The notes under the pieces: generated by a model
What the model was told of the DNA's origin: nothing
Database searches by the model: none
Seen by the model: only the letters and a program-made list of their open reading frames with translations
Translations under genes and position numbers: made by a program
Origin: Candidatus Fraserbacteria bacterium
GTDB taxonomy: Bacteria; Bipolaricaulota; Bipolaricaulia; RBG-16-55-9
Assembly: GCA_037442925.1 (NCBI GenBank)
Contig: JBBIPG010000063.1
Coordinates: 1 to 13,137, forward strand
Direction of reading: 5' to 3'
Length of the DNA: 13,137 bases
Shown here: in pieces, positions 1 through 7,155 of the stretch
Layout of the letters: each line of letters starts with the position of its first letter
Position numbering within the stretch: position 1 is the stretch's first letter

Positions 1-1
1 T

Positions 2-238
2 GCAAGACCAGTCATCTTTTCTGTTCAATCCTCTAATAATCCCGTCGAAGAAGCCCAGTGTGGCCTCACCGTTCCGCCACGAGATCCACAAGCCCTCGCC
101 GACGCTGTCATCAAGCTCTATCAGATGCCTAAAGAAGAACGCGAGGCGATGGGCTGCCGCGGACGCGCGTATGTCGAGAAGTACCACGCCATGCCCCTAC
201 TGGCCGAGAGATTGATGCAGTGTATTGGGAGCGCCTAG
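2..238 (+). CDS. Glycosyltransferase family 4 (GT-B), C-terminal fragment, truncated by the window edge
   Basis: My frame +2 translation is ARPVIFSVQSSNNPVEEAQCGLTVPPRDPQALADAVIKLYQMPKEEREAMGCRGRAYVEKYHAMPLLAERLMQCIGSA*. It has the typical GT4 C-terminus (G.lV.P.D..aLA.ai..l...r..mG..gr.yv). It ends at TAG 236-238 and is not in the ORF track. Confidence 0.88.
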   Translation, partial: ARPVIFSVQSSNNPVEEAQCGLTVPPRDPQALADAVIKLYQMPKEEREAMGCRGRAYVEKYHAMPLLAERLMQCIGSA

Positions 239-266
239 TAGCTTTCTCAGAAGATCCGGATGATCC

Positions 267-295
267 TTGACTTAGTCCAGGACTTAGTCCACAAT
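267..295 (+). promoter_or_regulatory. Candidate sigma70-type promoter overlapped by a tandem palindromic repeat
   Basis: TTGACT (267-272), 17 nt, CACAAT (290-295). GACTTAGTCCA occurs at both 269-279 and 281-291. Confidence 0.4.
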
Positions 296-374
296 CTGTA
301 CGGTTTCCCCATCTTGACGAGCGACCCACAGATCGCTCAGTATGATGTGGAAACGCTTTGGTGAGCGAATGCAA

Positions 375-1040
375 ATGAGTCGCCGATTCCACCTTGCAGC
401 TAAAAGAGTGCTGGACGTGATCGTCAGCGCCATCGGACTGGCAGTACTGGCTCTTCCCTTTGTGCTCATGGCACTGGCCATCAAGCTCGACTCGAAGGGA
501 CCCGTGTTTTTCAGGCAGGAGCGCGTGGGCAAAGACGGAAAACTCTTCAAAGTCTGGAAATTCCGCACGATGGTCGAGGGAGCTGAGCAGCAGGGGCTGG
601 GATATAACGTCGCCAAGGACGATCCGCGGATCACCCGCGTCGGTAGAATCCTACGCGATTGGGGCCTTGATGAGCTATCACAGCTCATCAACGTCCTCAA
701 GGGAGATATGAGCTTGGTTGGTCCGCGACCAACTCTACTCTACCAGGTCCAGCACTACGACGAGTTTCAACGACAACGCTTGAAGATGAAGCCAGGGATC
801 ACCAGTCTCGCGGTCGTCTCTGGTCGAAATACGCTCCCTTGGGAAGAGCGCATCAAGCTCGACATCTGGTATGTTGACCACTGGTCGTTCTGGCTGGATC
901 TGAAGATCTTGTTCCAGACATTGTGGGTCGTGCTCATCAAGCGCGAAGGGATCTACGGCGAAGGCGGAATCAACGATCCCTTCGTTGATCATGCACCAAC
1001 TCAAGCAGCAACTGCCTCTCAAGAGAAACATGCCCAATAA
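375..1040 (+). CDS. Undecaprenyl-phosphate phosphoglycosyltransferase (bacterial sugar transferase, PglC-like monotopic type)
   Basis: Motifs KRVLD, DSKGPVFFRQERVG, KFRTM, DPRITRVG, LDELSQL, GDMSLVGPRP, KPGIT and DIWYV. ATG 375 was chosen because GGTGAG (360-365) precedes it. ATGs at 342, 345 and 369 are alternatives. Confidence 0.93.
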   Translation: MSRRFHLAAKRVLDVIVSAIGLAVLALPFVLMALAIKLDSKGPVFFRQERVGKDGKLFKVWKFRTMVEGAEQQGLGYNVAKDDPRITRVGRILRDWGLDELSQLINVLKGDMSLVGPRPTLLYQVQHYDEFQRQRLKMKPGITSLAVVSGRNTLPWEERIKLDIWYVDHWSFWLDLKILFQTLWVVLIKREGIYGEGGINDPFVDHAPTQAATASQEKHAQ

Positions 1041-1674
1041 GCGGGAAGAACTGCTCATTTACGGCGCCAGCGGCCATGCCAAAGTGATCATCGACGCCGT
1101 TGAACAAAGAGGGCAGTATAGAATTATGGGTCTTCTCGATGACAACCCGAAGCTGCATGGCCAAGAGTGCGCGGGCTATCCCATACTCGGAGGCATGAAG
1201 CAGCTGAAGCAACAATCGTATAAGCACTGTCGGCTGATCCTGGCTATCGGCTCGAATGAAGCACGCTGTAAGCTCCAGGAACATCTAGCGGCACGGGACG
1301 AACGATTCGCTTGCATTGTCCATCCAGCTGCTCAGATCGGGCGGGGCGTCTCTTTGGGAGCGGGGACGGTTGTGATGGCAGGCGCCGTCATCAATACAGA
1401 CACCATCATCGGCCAGCACGTGATCATCAATACAGGAGCGACAATCGATCATGACTGCGTTATCGGTGATTTCGTTCACATCGCCCCCGGGGCTCACTTG
1501 GCCGGTGGAGTGAGAGTGGGAAGACTAGCCCACCTGGGGATCGGCAGCAGTATCATCCAAGGGATCACTATAGGAGAGGGGACGATCATCGGCGCAGGAG
1601 CCGCTGTCATTGAGAACGTTCCAGATCACGTCACCGCCGTCGGGGTTCCCGCGAAGGTGATCAAGAAAAGCTAG
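1030..1674 (+). CDS. Sugar N/O-acetyltransferase, PglD/NeuD family (left-handed beta-helix)
   Basis: N-terminal IYGASGHAKVI, then AIGSNEAR and VHPAA, hexapeptide repeats, IDHDC and HIAPG, and C-terminal VGVPAK. The likely start is ATG 1030, overlapping the end of the upstream gene. Confidence 0.92.
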   Translation: MPNKREELLIYGASGHAKVIIDAVEQRGQYRIMGLLDDNPKLHGQECAGYPILGGMKQLKQQSYKHCRLILAIGSNEARCKLQEHLAARDERFACIVHPAAQIGRGVSLGAGTVVMAGAVINTDTIIGQHVIINTGATIDHDCVIGDFVHIAPGAHLAGGVRVGRLAHLGIGSSIIQGITIGEGTIIGAGAAVIENVPDHVTAVGVPAKVIKKS

Positions 1675-1681
1675 CTTATGC

Positions 1682-1710
1682 TTGCACATACTAGCTCAAG
1701 AGGTTAGTAT
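1682..1710 (+). promoter_or_regulatory. sigma70-type promoter of the toxin-antitoxin pair, with a probable operator
   Basis: TTGCAC (1682-1687), 17 nt, TAGTAT (1705-1710). The inverted repeat ATACTA (1688-1693)/TAGTAT (1705-1710) overlaps the spacer and -10. SD-like AAGGTGA lies at 1717-1723. Confidence 0.65.
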
Positions 1711-1729
1711 ACCCAGAAGGTGATTGATG

Positions 1730-1951
1730 ATGCTTAAGACCTATGCAGCAAAGCTGGAAGAGCGTCAGATCGAGGCCTTAAAGAGACTCTCCCGCAAGAC
1801 CAAGATCCCCCAGGCGGAGCTCCTGCGCCAGGCAGTCGAGCTGCTATTGGCGAAGTGGCAACGTGATCGAGAGCGGCTAGAGTTCATCAGACGACTCGAC
1901 GAGCGGCTCGAGGAGGATAGGGAAGCGATGGAACGACTGGCCGAACTATGA
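1730..1951 (+). CDS. Ribbon-helix-helix antitoxin
   Basis: KTYAAKL-EERQIEALKRLSRKTKIPQAELLRQAVELLL fits the RHH strand-helix-helix pattern. It has a charged helical C-terminus and an ATGA overlap with the toxin. The start could also be 1727. Confidence 0.82.
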   Translation: MLKTYAAKLEERQIEALKRLSRKTKIPQAELLRQAVELLLAKWQRDRERLEFIRRLDERLEEDREAMERLAEL

Positions 1952-2355
1952 GATATCTCGAGGCCGAAGAGGTGCTCCTGATCCATGAGCGTATTCTGGA
2001 GAGATTCGGTGGGGCCGGAGGACTACGAGATTGGAACTTGCTCGACTCCGCGGTCCACCGGCCCAGAGCTACCTTTGAGAAGCAGGAGCTGTACCCCGAT
2101 CTCTTCACTAAGGCAGCCGCTTTGGGTCACTCCCTTGTGCTCAATCATCCTTTTGTGGACGGCAACAAAAGAACCGCCTGGGAAGCCATGCACACCCTCA
2201 TCGAGGAGAACGGTTACACCCTGCAGGCCGATCCCAAAGAGGTTTTGGAGTTTATGCTCCGCATCGAAGACAAGAGCTTGGGGGTCGAGCAGATTGCCCA
2301 CTGGCTTAAGGACCATTCACTCGAAGAGAACAAGAGAAAACGGAGAGTCAGGTGA
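1948..2355 (+). CDS. doc: Death-on-curing (Doc) family type II toxin, Fic fold
   Basis: 135 aa with MRYL...IHE..L..FGG..GLRD..LL.SA..RP, YPDLF.KAA and the Doc-type catalytic motif HPFVDGNKRTA. Confidence 0.93.
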   Translation: MRYLEAEEVLLIHERILERFGGAGGLRDWNLLDSAVHRPRATFEKQELYPDLFTKAAALGHSLVLNHPFVDGNKRTAWEAMHTLIEENGYTLQADPKEVLEFMLRIEDKSLGVEQIAHWLKDHSLEENKRKRRVR

Positions 2356-2360
2356 GGGCC

Positions 2361-3470
2361 ATGCAGATCCCCCTGTCCCGTCCAGATATCACAGAGCATG
2401 AGATTAAGGCCGTCACTCAAGTCTTACGGACGCCCCATCTGAGCCTCGGCCCTAAGCTCGCAGAGTTCGAACGCGAAATTGCCCAATACGCAGGTGTTCG
2501 ACACGCAGTGGCCGTCAACAGCGGCACCTCTGCTTTGCACCTGATCATTCGTGCTTTGGGAATCAGTGAAGGTGATGAAGTCATCACCACACCCTTCAGC
2601 TTCATCGCCTCCGCCAACTGTGTTCTCTTTGAGCGCGCTCGGCCCGTCTTTGTGGACATCGACCCGAAAACGCTCAACATCGATCCCGCCCAGATTGAGG
2701 AGAAGATCACACGGAAGACAAGAGCGATTCTGGCCGTGGACGTCTTTGGTCACCCTGCGGAATGGGACGAGCTAACACGCATCGCCCAAGAGCACCAGTT
2801 GAAGCTCATCGAAGATTCCGCGGAGGCGTTGGGAGCTGAATACAAGGGCCGAAGGACCAGCAGCTTTGGGGATGCCGCCGTCTTCGCGTTCTATCCCAAC
2901 AAGCAGATCACCACAGGAGAGGGGGGAGTCGTCCTCACGGACAACGACGAGATCGCCCGACTCTGCCGCAGCCTCAGAAACCAAGGGCGTGGCGAAGGCG
3001 ATGAATGGCTCCAGCACGAGCGTCTGGGCTATAACTACCGGCTGAGCGACATCCACTGCGCCTTGGGGCTGGCCCAATTGGAACGAATCGAGGAGATCTT
3101 GCAAAAGCGCGAGCGCGTCGCCCAAATATACAACGAACGCCTAGCGTGCATCGAAGAGGTGCGGACGCCCTACGTAGCGCCTCATGTGAAGATCAGCTGG
3201 TTTGTCTACGTGATTCGTCTGGCAGATCGCTATACACGTGCGGATCGGGACAGGATTTTGCAGGGGTTGAAAGCGCGGGGGATCGGCTGTAGCAACTACT
3301 TCAGTCCCATTCACCTACAGCCGTTCTATCGCAATCTTTTTGGCTATGAACCGGGCGACTTCCCCATCACAGAGCACGTCGCCGAACGCACCATCGCCCT
3401 ACCCTTTTATAACAACTTAACCGAGGAGCAAATCGACTCCGTCGTCTCACGACTCAAGGCCCTGCTATAA
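2361..3470 (+). CDS. PLP-dependent sugar aminotransferase, DegT/DnrJ/EryC1/StrS family (PglE-like role)
   Basis: Motifs IPLSRP, AVNSGTSALHL, GDEVITTPFSFIAS, IEDSAEALG, FAFYPNKQITTGEGG (PLP lysine) and GYNYRLS. The start is ATG 2361 after GGTGAGG; the track's GTG 2352 is an alternative. Confidence 0.95.
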   Translation: MQIPLSRPDITEHEIKAVTQVLRTPHLSLGPKLAEFEREIAQYAGVRHAVAVNSGTSALHLIIRALGISEGDEVITTPFSFIASANCVLFERARPVFVDIDPKTLNIDPAQIEEKITRKTRAILAVDVFGHPAEWDELTRIAQEHQLKLIEDSAEALGAEYKGRRTSSFGDAAVFAFYPNKQITTGEGGVVLTDNDEIARLCRSLRNQGRGEGDEWLQHERLGYNYRLSDIHCALGLAQLERIEEILQKRERVAQIYNERLACIEEVRTPYVAPHVKISWFVYVIRLADRYTRADRDRILQGLKARGIGCSNYFSPIHLQPFYRNLFGYEPGDFPITEHVAERTIALPFYNNLTEEQIDSVVSRLKALL

Positions 3471-3477
3471 TCATGCG

Positions 3478-5340
3478 ATGAATCGCGCTTGGCTCAAGTC
3501 CGCATTCCTGCGCAAGAGGACTCTGCTCTTCATGGTGGGAGACATCATCCTCATCGCTTTGTCACTCTACCTCAGCCTGTTCATTCGATTTGAGGGGCAA
3601 ATTCCTTCCCCCTGGCTCAGGAGCTGGACGACCTTCCTACTCATCGCTCTGGGAGCCAAGCTTCCCATCTTCTATTCATTGGGTCTATATCGCATGAGCT
3701 GGGCCCACGTCAGTTTCAAGGAGCTCTGGTCCATCTTGTTGGCCGTCAGCTTGAGCTCCAGTTTGCTCGGAGCACTCTTTTTCATCCTTCGAGCAGAGCA
3801 GATCGCTTGGACTCTTCCTCGATCTGCGTGGATCATCGATTATTTTCTGACGCTCTTTCTCATCGGTGGATTTCGCTCGGCGAAGCGCATCTATTTGGGG
3901 CTGCATGGTGGCTTCTCCGGCCAGGGGCACCGCGTGCTCATCGTAGGAGCCGGCGATGCTGGAGAGCAGATTGTGCGCGCCATGTTGCAAGAGAAGCGTT
4001 CTCAGTATTTCCCGATAGGTTTCGTCGATGATGACCCCGCCAAGCAGGGGATCGCCCTGCACGGAGTCCGTGTGCTGGGCAAGCGTACAGAGATTCCACG
4101 AATTGTCAAGCAGCACGAGATCGAGGAACTCCTCATCGCCATGCCTTCCATTTCGGCCCCGATCATTCGAGAGACGGTGGGGTTGGGACGCCAAGCAGGT
4201 TTAAAGCAGATTAAGATCCTGCCTGGATTTCACGAGTTGGTCACCGGACGCGTGGGGCTTGCCGATATACGAGAGGTGCAGCTGGAAGACCTCTTGGGTC
4301 GACAACCCGTGCATGTCGACGCATCTGAGTTGCGGCGATCTCTGCAAGAGAAAGTAGTATTGGTCACCGGTGCGGCCGGCTCCATCGGCTCAGAACTCTG
4401 TCGCCAGATTGCCCGATTCCATCCCCAGAGGCTACTCGCACTCGATCAAGATGAGACGGGGCTCTTTCATCTGGAGAGCGACTTACGCGAGCGATGTGAT
4501 GAGGTAGATCTTCAGGTCATTGTTGCAAACATCCTAGATGAATCTAAAGTGGAGCAGGTCTTTCAGGAGCATCAGCCGCACATCGTCTTTCACGCGGCGG
4601 CGTATAAGCATGTCCCGCTCATGGAAGCCCATCCGGACGAGGCTGTAAAGAACAACATCCTTGGAACATTGACCGTGGCCGAGGCAGCCCAAAAACACAG
4701 CTGCCAGAAGTTCGTGCTGATCTCTACAGATAAGGCCGTGAACCCGACGTCCGTCATGGGCGCTACCAAGCGGGTGGCCGAGATGGCCGTACAAGCGCTC
4801 AATCGGCAGGGATCAACTCAGTTTGTGGCAGTTCGCTTCGGCAACGTATTGGGCAGCCGTGGCAGTGTCATTCCCCTCTTTCAAGAACAGATCAAGCGGG
4901 GAGGACCGGTCACCGTCACTCACGAAGGCATGCAGCGATATTTCATGGTGACCTCCGAGGCGGTCTTGCTGGTGGTGCAGGCCGCCGCGATGGGCCAAGG
5001 AGGCGAAGTGTTTGTGCTCGATATGGGCGAGCCCATCAAGATTGTCGAACTGGCTCGTGAGTTGATCCGCCTCTCCGGCTATGAGCCGGACAAAGACATC
5101 CCCATTGTCTTCACCGGGCAAAGACCGGGCGAGAAATTCTTTGAAGAACTCCTGACAGCTGAGGAGGGGACCGTCGCTACACAGCATAAGCAGATCTTCA
5201 TCGCGCGTATGGGAGCAGCTCCCGAAGAAGGAAGACTGCGCGCACAGCTCCACGAATTGGAGAGACTCGCTTCGCAAGGTACCAAGGAGGAGATCATTGC
5301 CTTGCTGCGTACCATCGTGCCGACGTATCGACCCATCTAG
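3478..5340 (+). CDS. Membrane-bound UDP-GlcNAc 4,6-dehydratase, PglF/CapD/WbpM family
   Basis: Four N-terminal hydrophobic segments, then LIVGAGDAG, EDLLGR, LVTGAAGSIGSELCRQ, FHAAAYKHVP, STDKAVNPTSVMGATK, VRFGNVLGSRGSV and RPGEK. Confidence 0.96.
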   Translation: MNRAWLKSAFLRKRTLLFMVGDIILIALSLYLSLFIRFEGQIPSPWLRSWTTFLLIALGAKLPIFYSLGLYRMSWAHVSFKELWSILLAVSLSSSLLGALFFILRAEQIAWTLPRSAWIIDYFLTLFLIGGFRSAKRIYLGLHGGFSGQGHRVLIVGAGDAGEQIVRAMLQEKRSQYFPIGFVDDDPAKQGIALHGVRVLGKRTEIPRIVKQHEIEELLIAMPSISAPIIRETVGLGRQAGLKQIKILPGFHELVTGRVGLADIREVQLEDLLGRQPVHVDASELRRSLQEKVVLVTGAAGSIGSELCRQIARFHPQRLLALDQDETGLFHLESDLRERCDEVDLQVIVANILDESKVEQVFQEHQPHIVFHAAAYKHVPLMEAHPDEAVKNNILGTLTVAEAAQKHSCQKFVLISTDKAVNPTSVMGATKRVAEMAVQALNRQGSTQFVAVRFGNVLGSRGSVIPLFQEQIKRGGPVTVTHEGMQRYFMVTSEAVLLVVQAAAMGQGGEVFVLDMGEPIKIVELARELIRLSGYEPDKDIPIVFTGQRPGEKFFEELLTAEEGTVATQHKQIFIARMGAAPEEGRLRAQLHELERLASQGTKEEIIALLRTIVPTYRPI

Positions 5341-5379
5341 TACAATAAGGCTGAGTGGAACGAAGGGAGGATCACAACG

Positions 5380-5937
5380 ATGGCTGCTCTACTCACGAGA
5401 CGCCGCTTCACAGTAGACGAATACCATCAGATGGCCCAGGCAGGAATCTTTAGCGAAGATGACCGAGTGGAGCTGATTAAGGGGGAGGTTGTAGAGATGA
5501 CACCGATCGGCAGTTCTCATGCGGCTTGTGTAGCCCGGCTGATTGCGCTGTTCACCCGTGCTGGAAGCAAAGGCATTCTTTGGGTCCAAAATCCCGTTCA
5601 CTTAAGCGAACACTCGGAACCTGAACCTGACTTCGCCTTACTCCAACCTCGCCCCGACTTTTACGCTTCCGGCCACCCCCGACCGAGAGATATCCTGCTG
5701 ATCATCGAGGTTGCAGATGCTTCCGCCAGCTATGATCGGGACGTGAAGATCCCCATCTACGCTCAAGCCGGGATCGTTGAAGTTTGGCTCATTGATCTCG
5801 CCAAGACATGTGTCGAAGTCTATCGCGAGCCCACATCCCAAGGGTATGAGAGAGTTCAAATCGTCCGTCGTGGCGAGCGCCTCACCCCACAAGCCTTCCC
5901 CCAGCTTGAAGTGACAGCCGATGAGATCCTGGGCTAG
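5380..5937 (+). CDS. Uma2 family (DUF820) putative PD-(D/E)xK endonuclease
   Basis: Motifs RRFTVDEYHQM..AGIF.EDDRVELI.GE, EPEPD, LIIEVA..S..YDR.VK.P.YA.AGI.EVWLIDL. SD GGGAGG precedes the start. Confidence 0.92.
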   Translation: MAALLTRRRFTVDEYHQMAQAGIFSEDDRVELIKGEVVEMTPIGSSHAACVARLIALFTRAGSKGILWVQNPVHLSEHSEPEPDFALLQPRPDFYASGHPRPRDILLIIEVADASASYDRDVKIPIYAQAGIVEVWLIDLAKTCVEVYREPTSQGYERVQIVRRGERLTPQAFPQLEVTADEILG

Positions 5938-5961
5938 CTCTACTCCCTTGGCGAAAAGACC

Positions 5962-7155
5962 GTGAAGATCCTCTATTTGGATTGTTTTTCCGGCATCAGC
6001 GGCGATATGTTCCTCGCGGCGTGTTTGGACGCTGGCATCATCAAAGAGAGTCTCCTAGAGAGAAAGCTGTCAACCCTGAGTCTTGGAAAAGTAAAGATTA
6101 TCACCCGAAGAGTCAAGCGCAACTCCATCGCGGTCACACGCATCTCGTTTCAAACCGCACGCCGCAAGAAAGCGCCAGAGCATAGGAGCTTCCGCAATAT
6201 TCGCCAGCTGATCGCAAAGAGCGATCTCACGGCCGACGAACAACAACGCTCCATCGCCATCTTTCACAGCTTGGCCAAAGCCGAAGCCAAGATTCACAAT
6301 ACGTCCCTCCACAAAGTGCACTTTCACGAACTGGGTGCAGTGGACTCCATCCTAGACATCGTCGGCGCAGCCGTCGTGATAGAGCATAGTGGCATAACGA
6401 GATCTTTCGTCTCGAAGATCAACCTGGGATCGGGTTTCATCAAGACAGAACATGGCCCGCTCCCCGTGCCTGCCCCGGCCACACTGGAGCTTTTGAAGGG
6501 ATTGCCCGTTTACTCGTCCGGCATCGAAGCGGAACTCGTCACACCGACCGGAGCGGCCATCGTAAAGCATCTCGCACCCGAGTGTGGGCTTCCCCCCGCT
6601 CGCTGGGAGACCATCGGCTACGGCGCCGGAACCCGCGATCTCAAAGAACAGCCTAACGTGCTCCGCGTGCTCATTGGAGAGAGCATCCCGACCACTCAAA
6701 GCACAGCGCACGAAGAGGCTGTGGTCATCGAGACGGATATCGATGATATGAACCCACAGCTCCTCCCACACGTTCAGGAGTTACTCTTCCAGCAAGGAGC
6801 GCAGGACGTGAGTTGGCACTCGCTTCATATGAAGAAGAACCGTCCCGGTGTCCGGCTTTACGTGATGAGCCCGCCGGAACACGTTGATGCGCTCTGTGAG
6901 ACGGTCTTTCGTGAGACGACTACACTCGGAGTGCGGATCAACGCAGTAGAGAAGCGCAGGCTAGAGCGAAAGATGATGGAAGTAGAGATTCCGCAGGGCA
7001 GAGTCCGCGTCAAGGTAGGCCTCTGGCAGGAGCGCGTGATGAATTTGGCTCCGGAGTACGAAGATTGTGTACGATTGGCAAGACAGAGCAACGTGCCCGT
7101 AAAGGAGATCATGCGCCTCTCTCTAGAGAGCGCACATCGCAAGCTGAAACCATGA
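5962..7155 (+). CDS. larC: Nickel-pincer nucleotide cofactor nickel insertase LarC (DUF111)
   Basis: Motifs MKILYLDCFSGISGDM, LAKAEAKIH, VHFHELGAVDSILDIVG, HGPLPVPAPAT, ELVTPTGAA, GYGAG, ETDIDDMNP, MKKNRPG, ETTTLGVR and PEYEDC. Confidence 0.95.
   Translation: MKILYLDCFSGISGDMFLAACLDAGIIKESLLERKLSTLSLGKVKIITRRVKRNSIAVTRISFQTARRKKAPEHRSFRNIRQLIAKSDLTADEQQRSIAIFHSLAKAEAKIHNTSLHKVHFHELGAVDSILDIVGAAVVIEHSGITRSFVSKINLGSGFIKTEHGPLPVPAPATLELLKGLPVYSSGIEAELVTPTGAAIVKHLAPECGLPPARWETIGYGAGTRDLKEQPNVLRVLIGESIPTTQSTAHEEAVVIETDIDDMNPQLLPHVQELLFQQGAQDVSWHSLHMKKNRPGVRLYVMSPPEHVDALCETVFRETTTLGVRINAVEKRRLERKMMEVEIPQGRVRVKVGLWQERVMNLAPEYEDCVRLARQSNVPVKEIMRLSLESAHRKLKP

Noticed and set aside
314..346. MerR-type promoter (TTGACG, dyad, TATGAT)
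   Set aside because: The spacer is 21 nt, longer than the usual 19-20, and there is no MerR gene or metal context here.
4723..4770. Met in place of the SDR catalytic Tyr (MGATK) in the dehydratase
   Set aside because: This is normal for the PglF/CapD/WbpM subfamily and is not evidence of inactivation.
7065..7151. 29-aa N-terminal extension of the acyl-CoA ligase
   Set aside because: It would overlap larC by about 90 nt. The ATGA-coupled start at 7152 fits the family N-terminus better.
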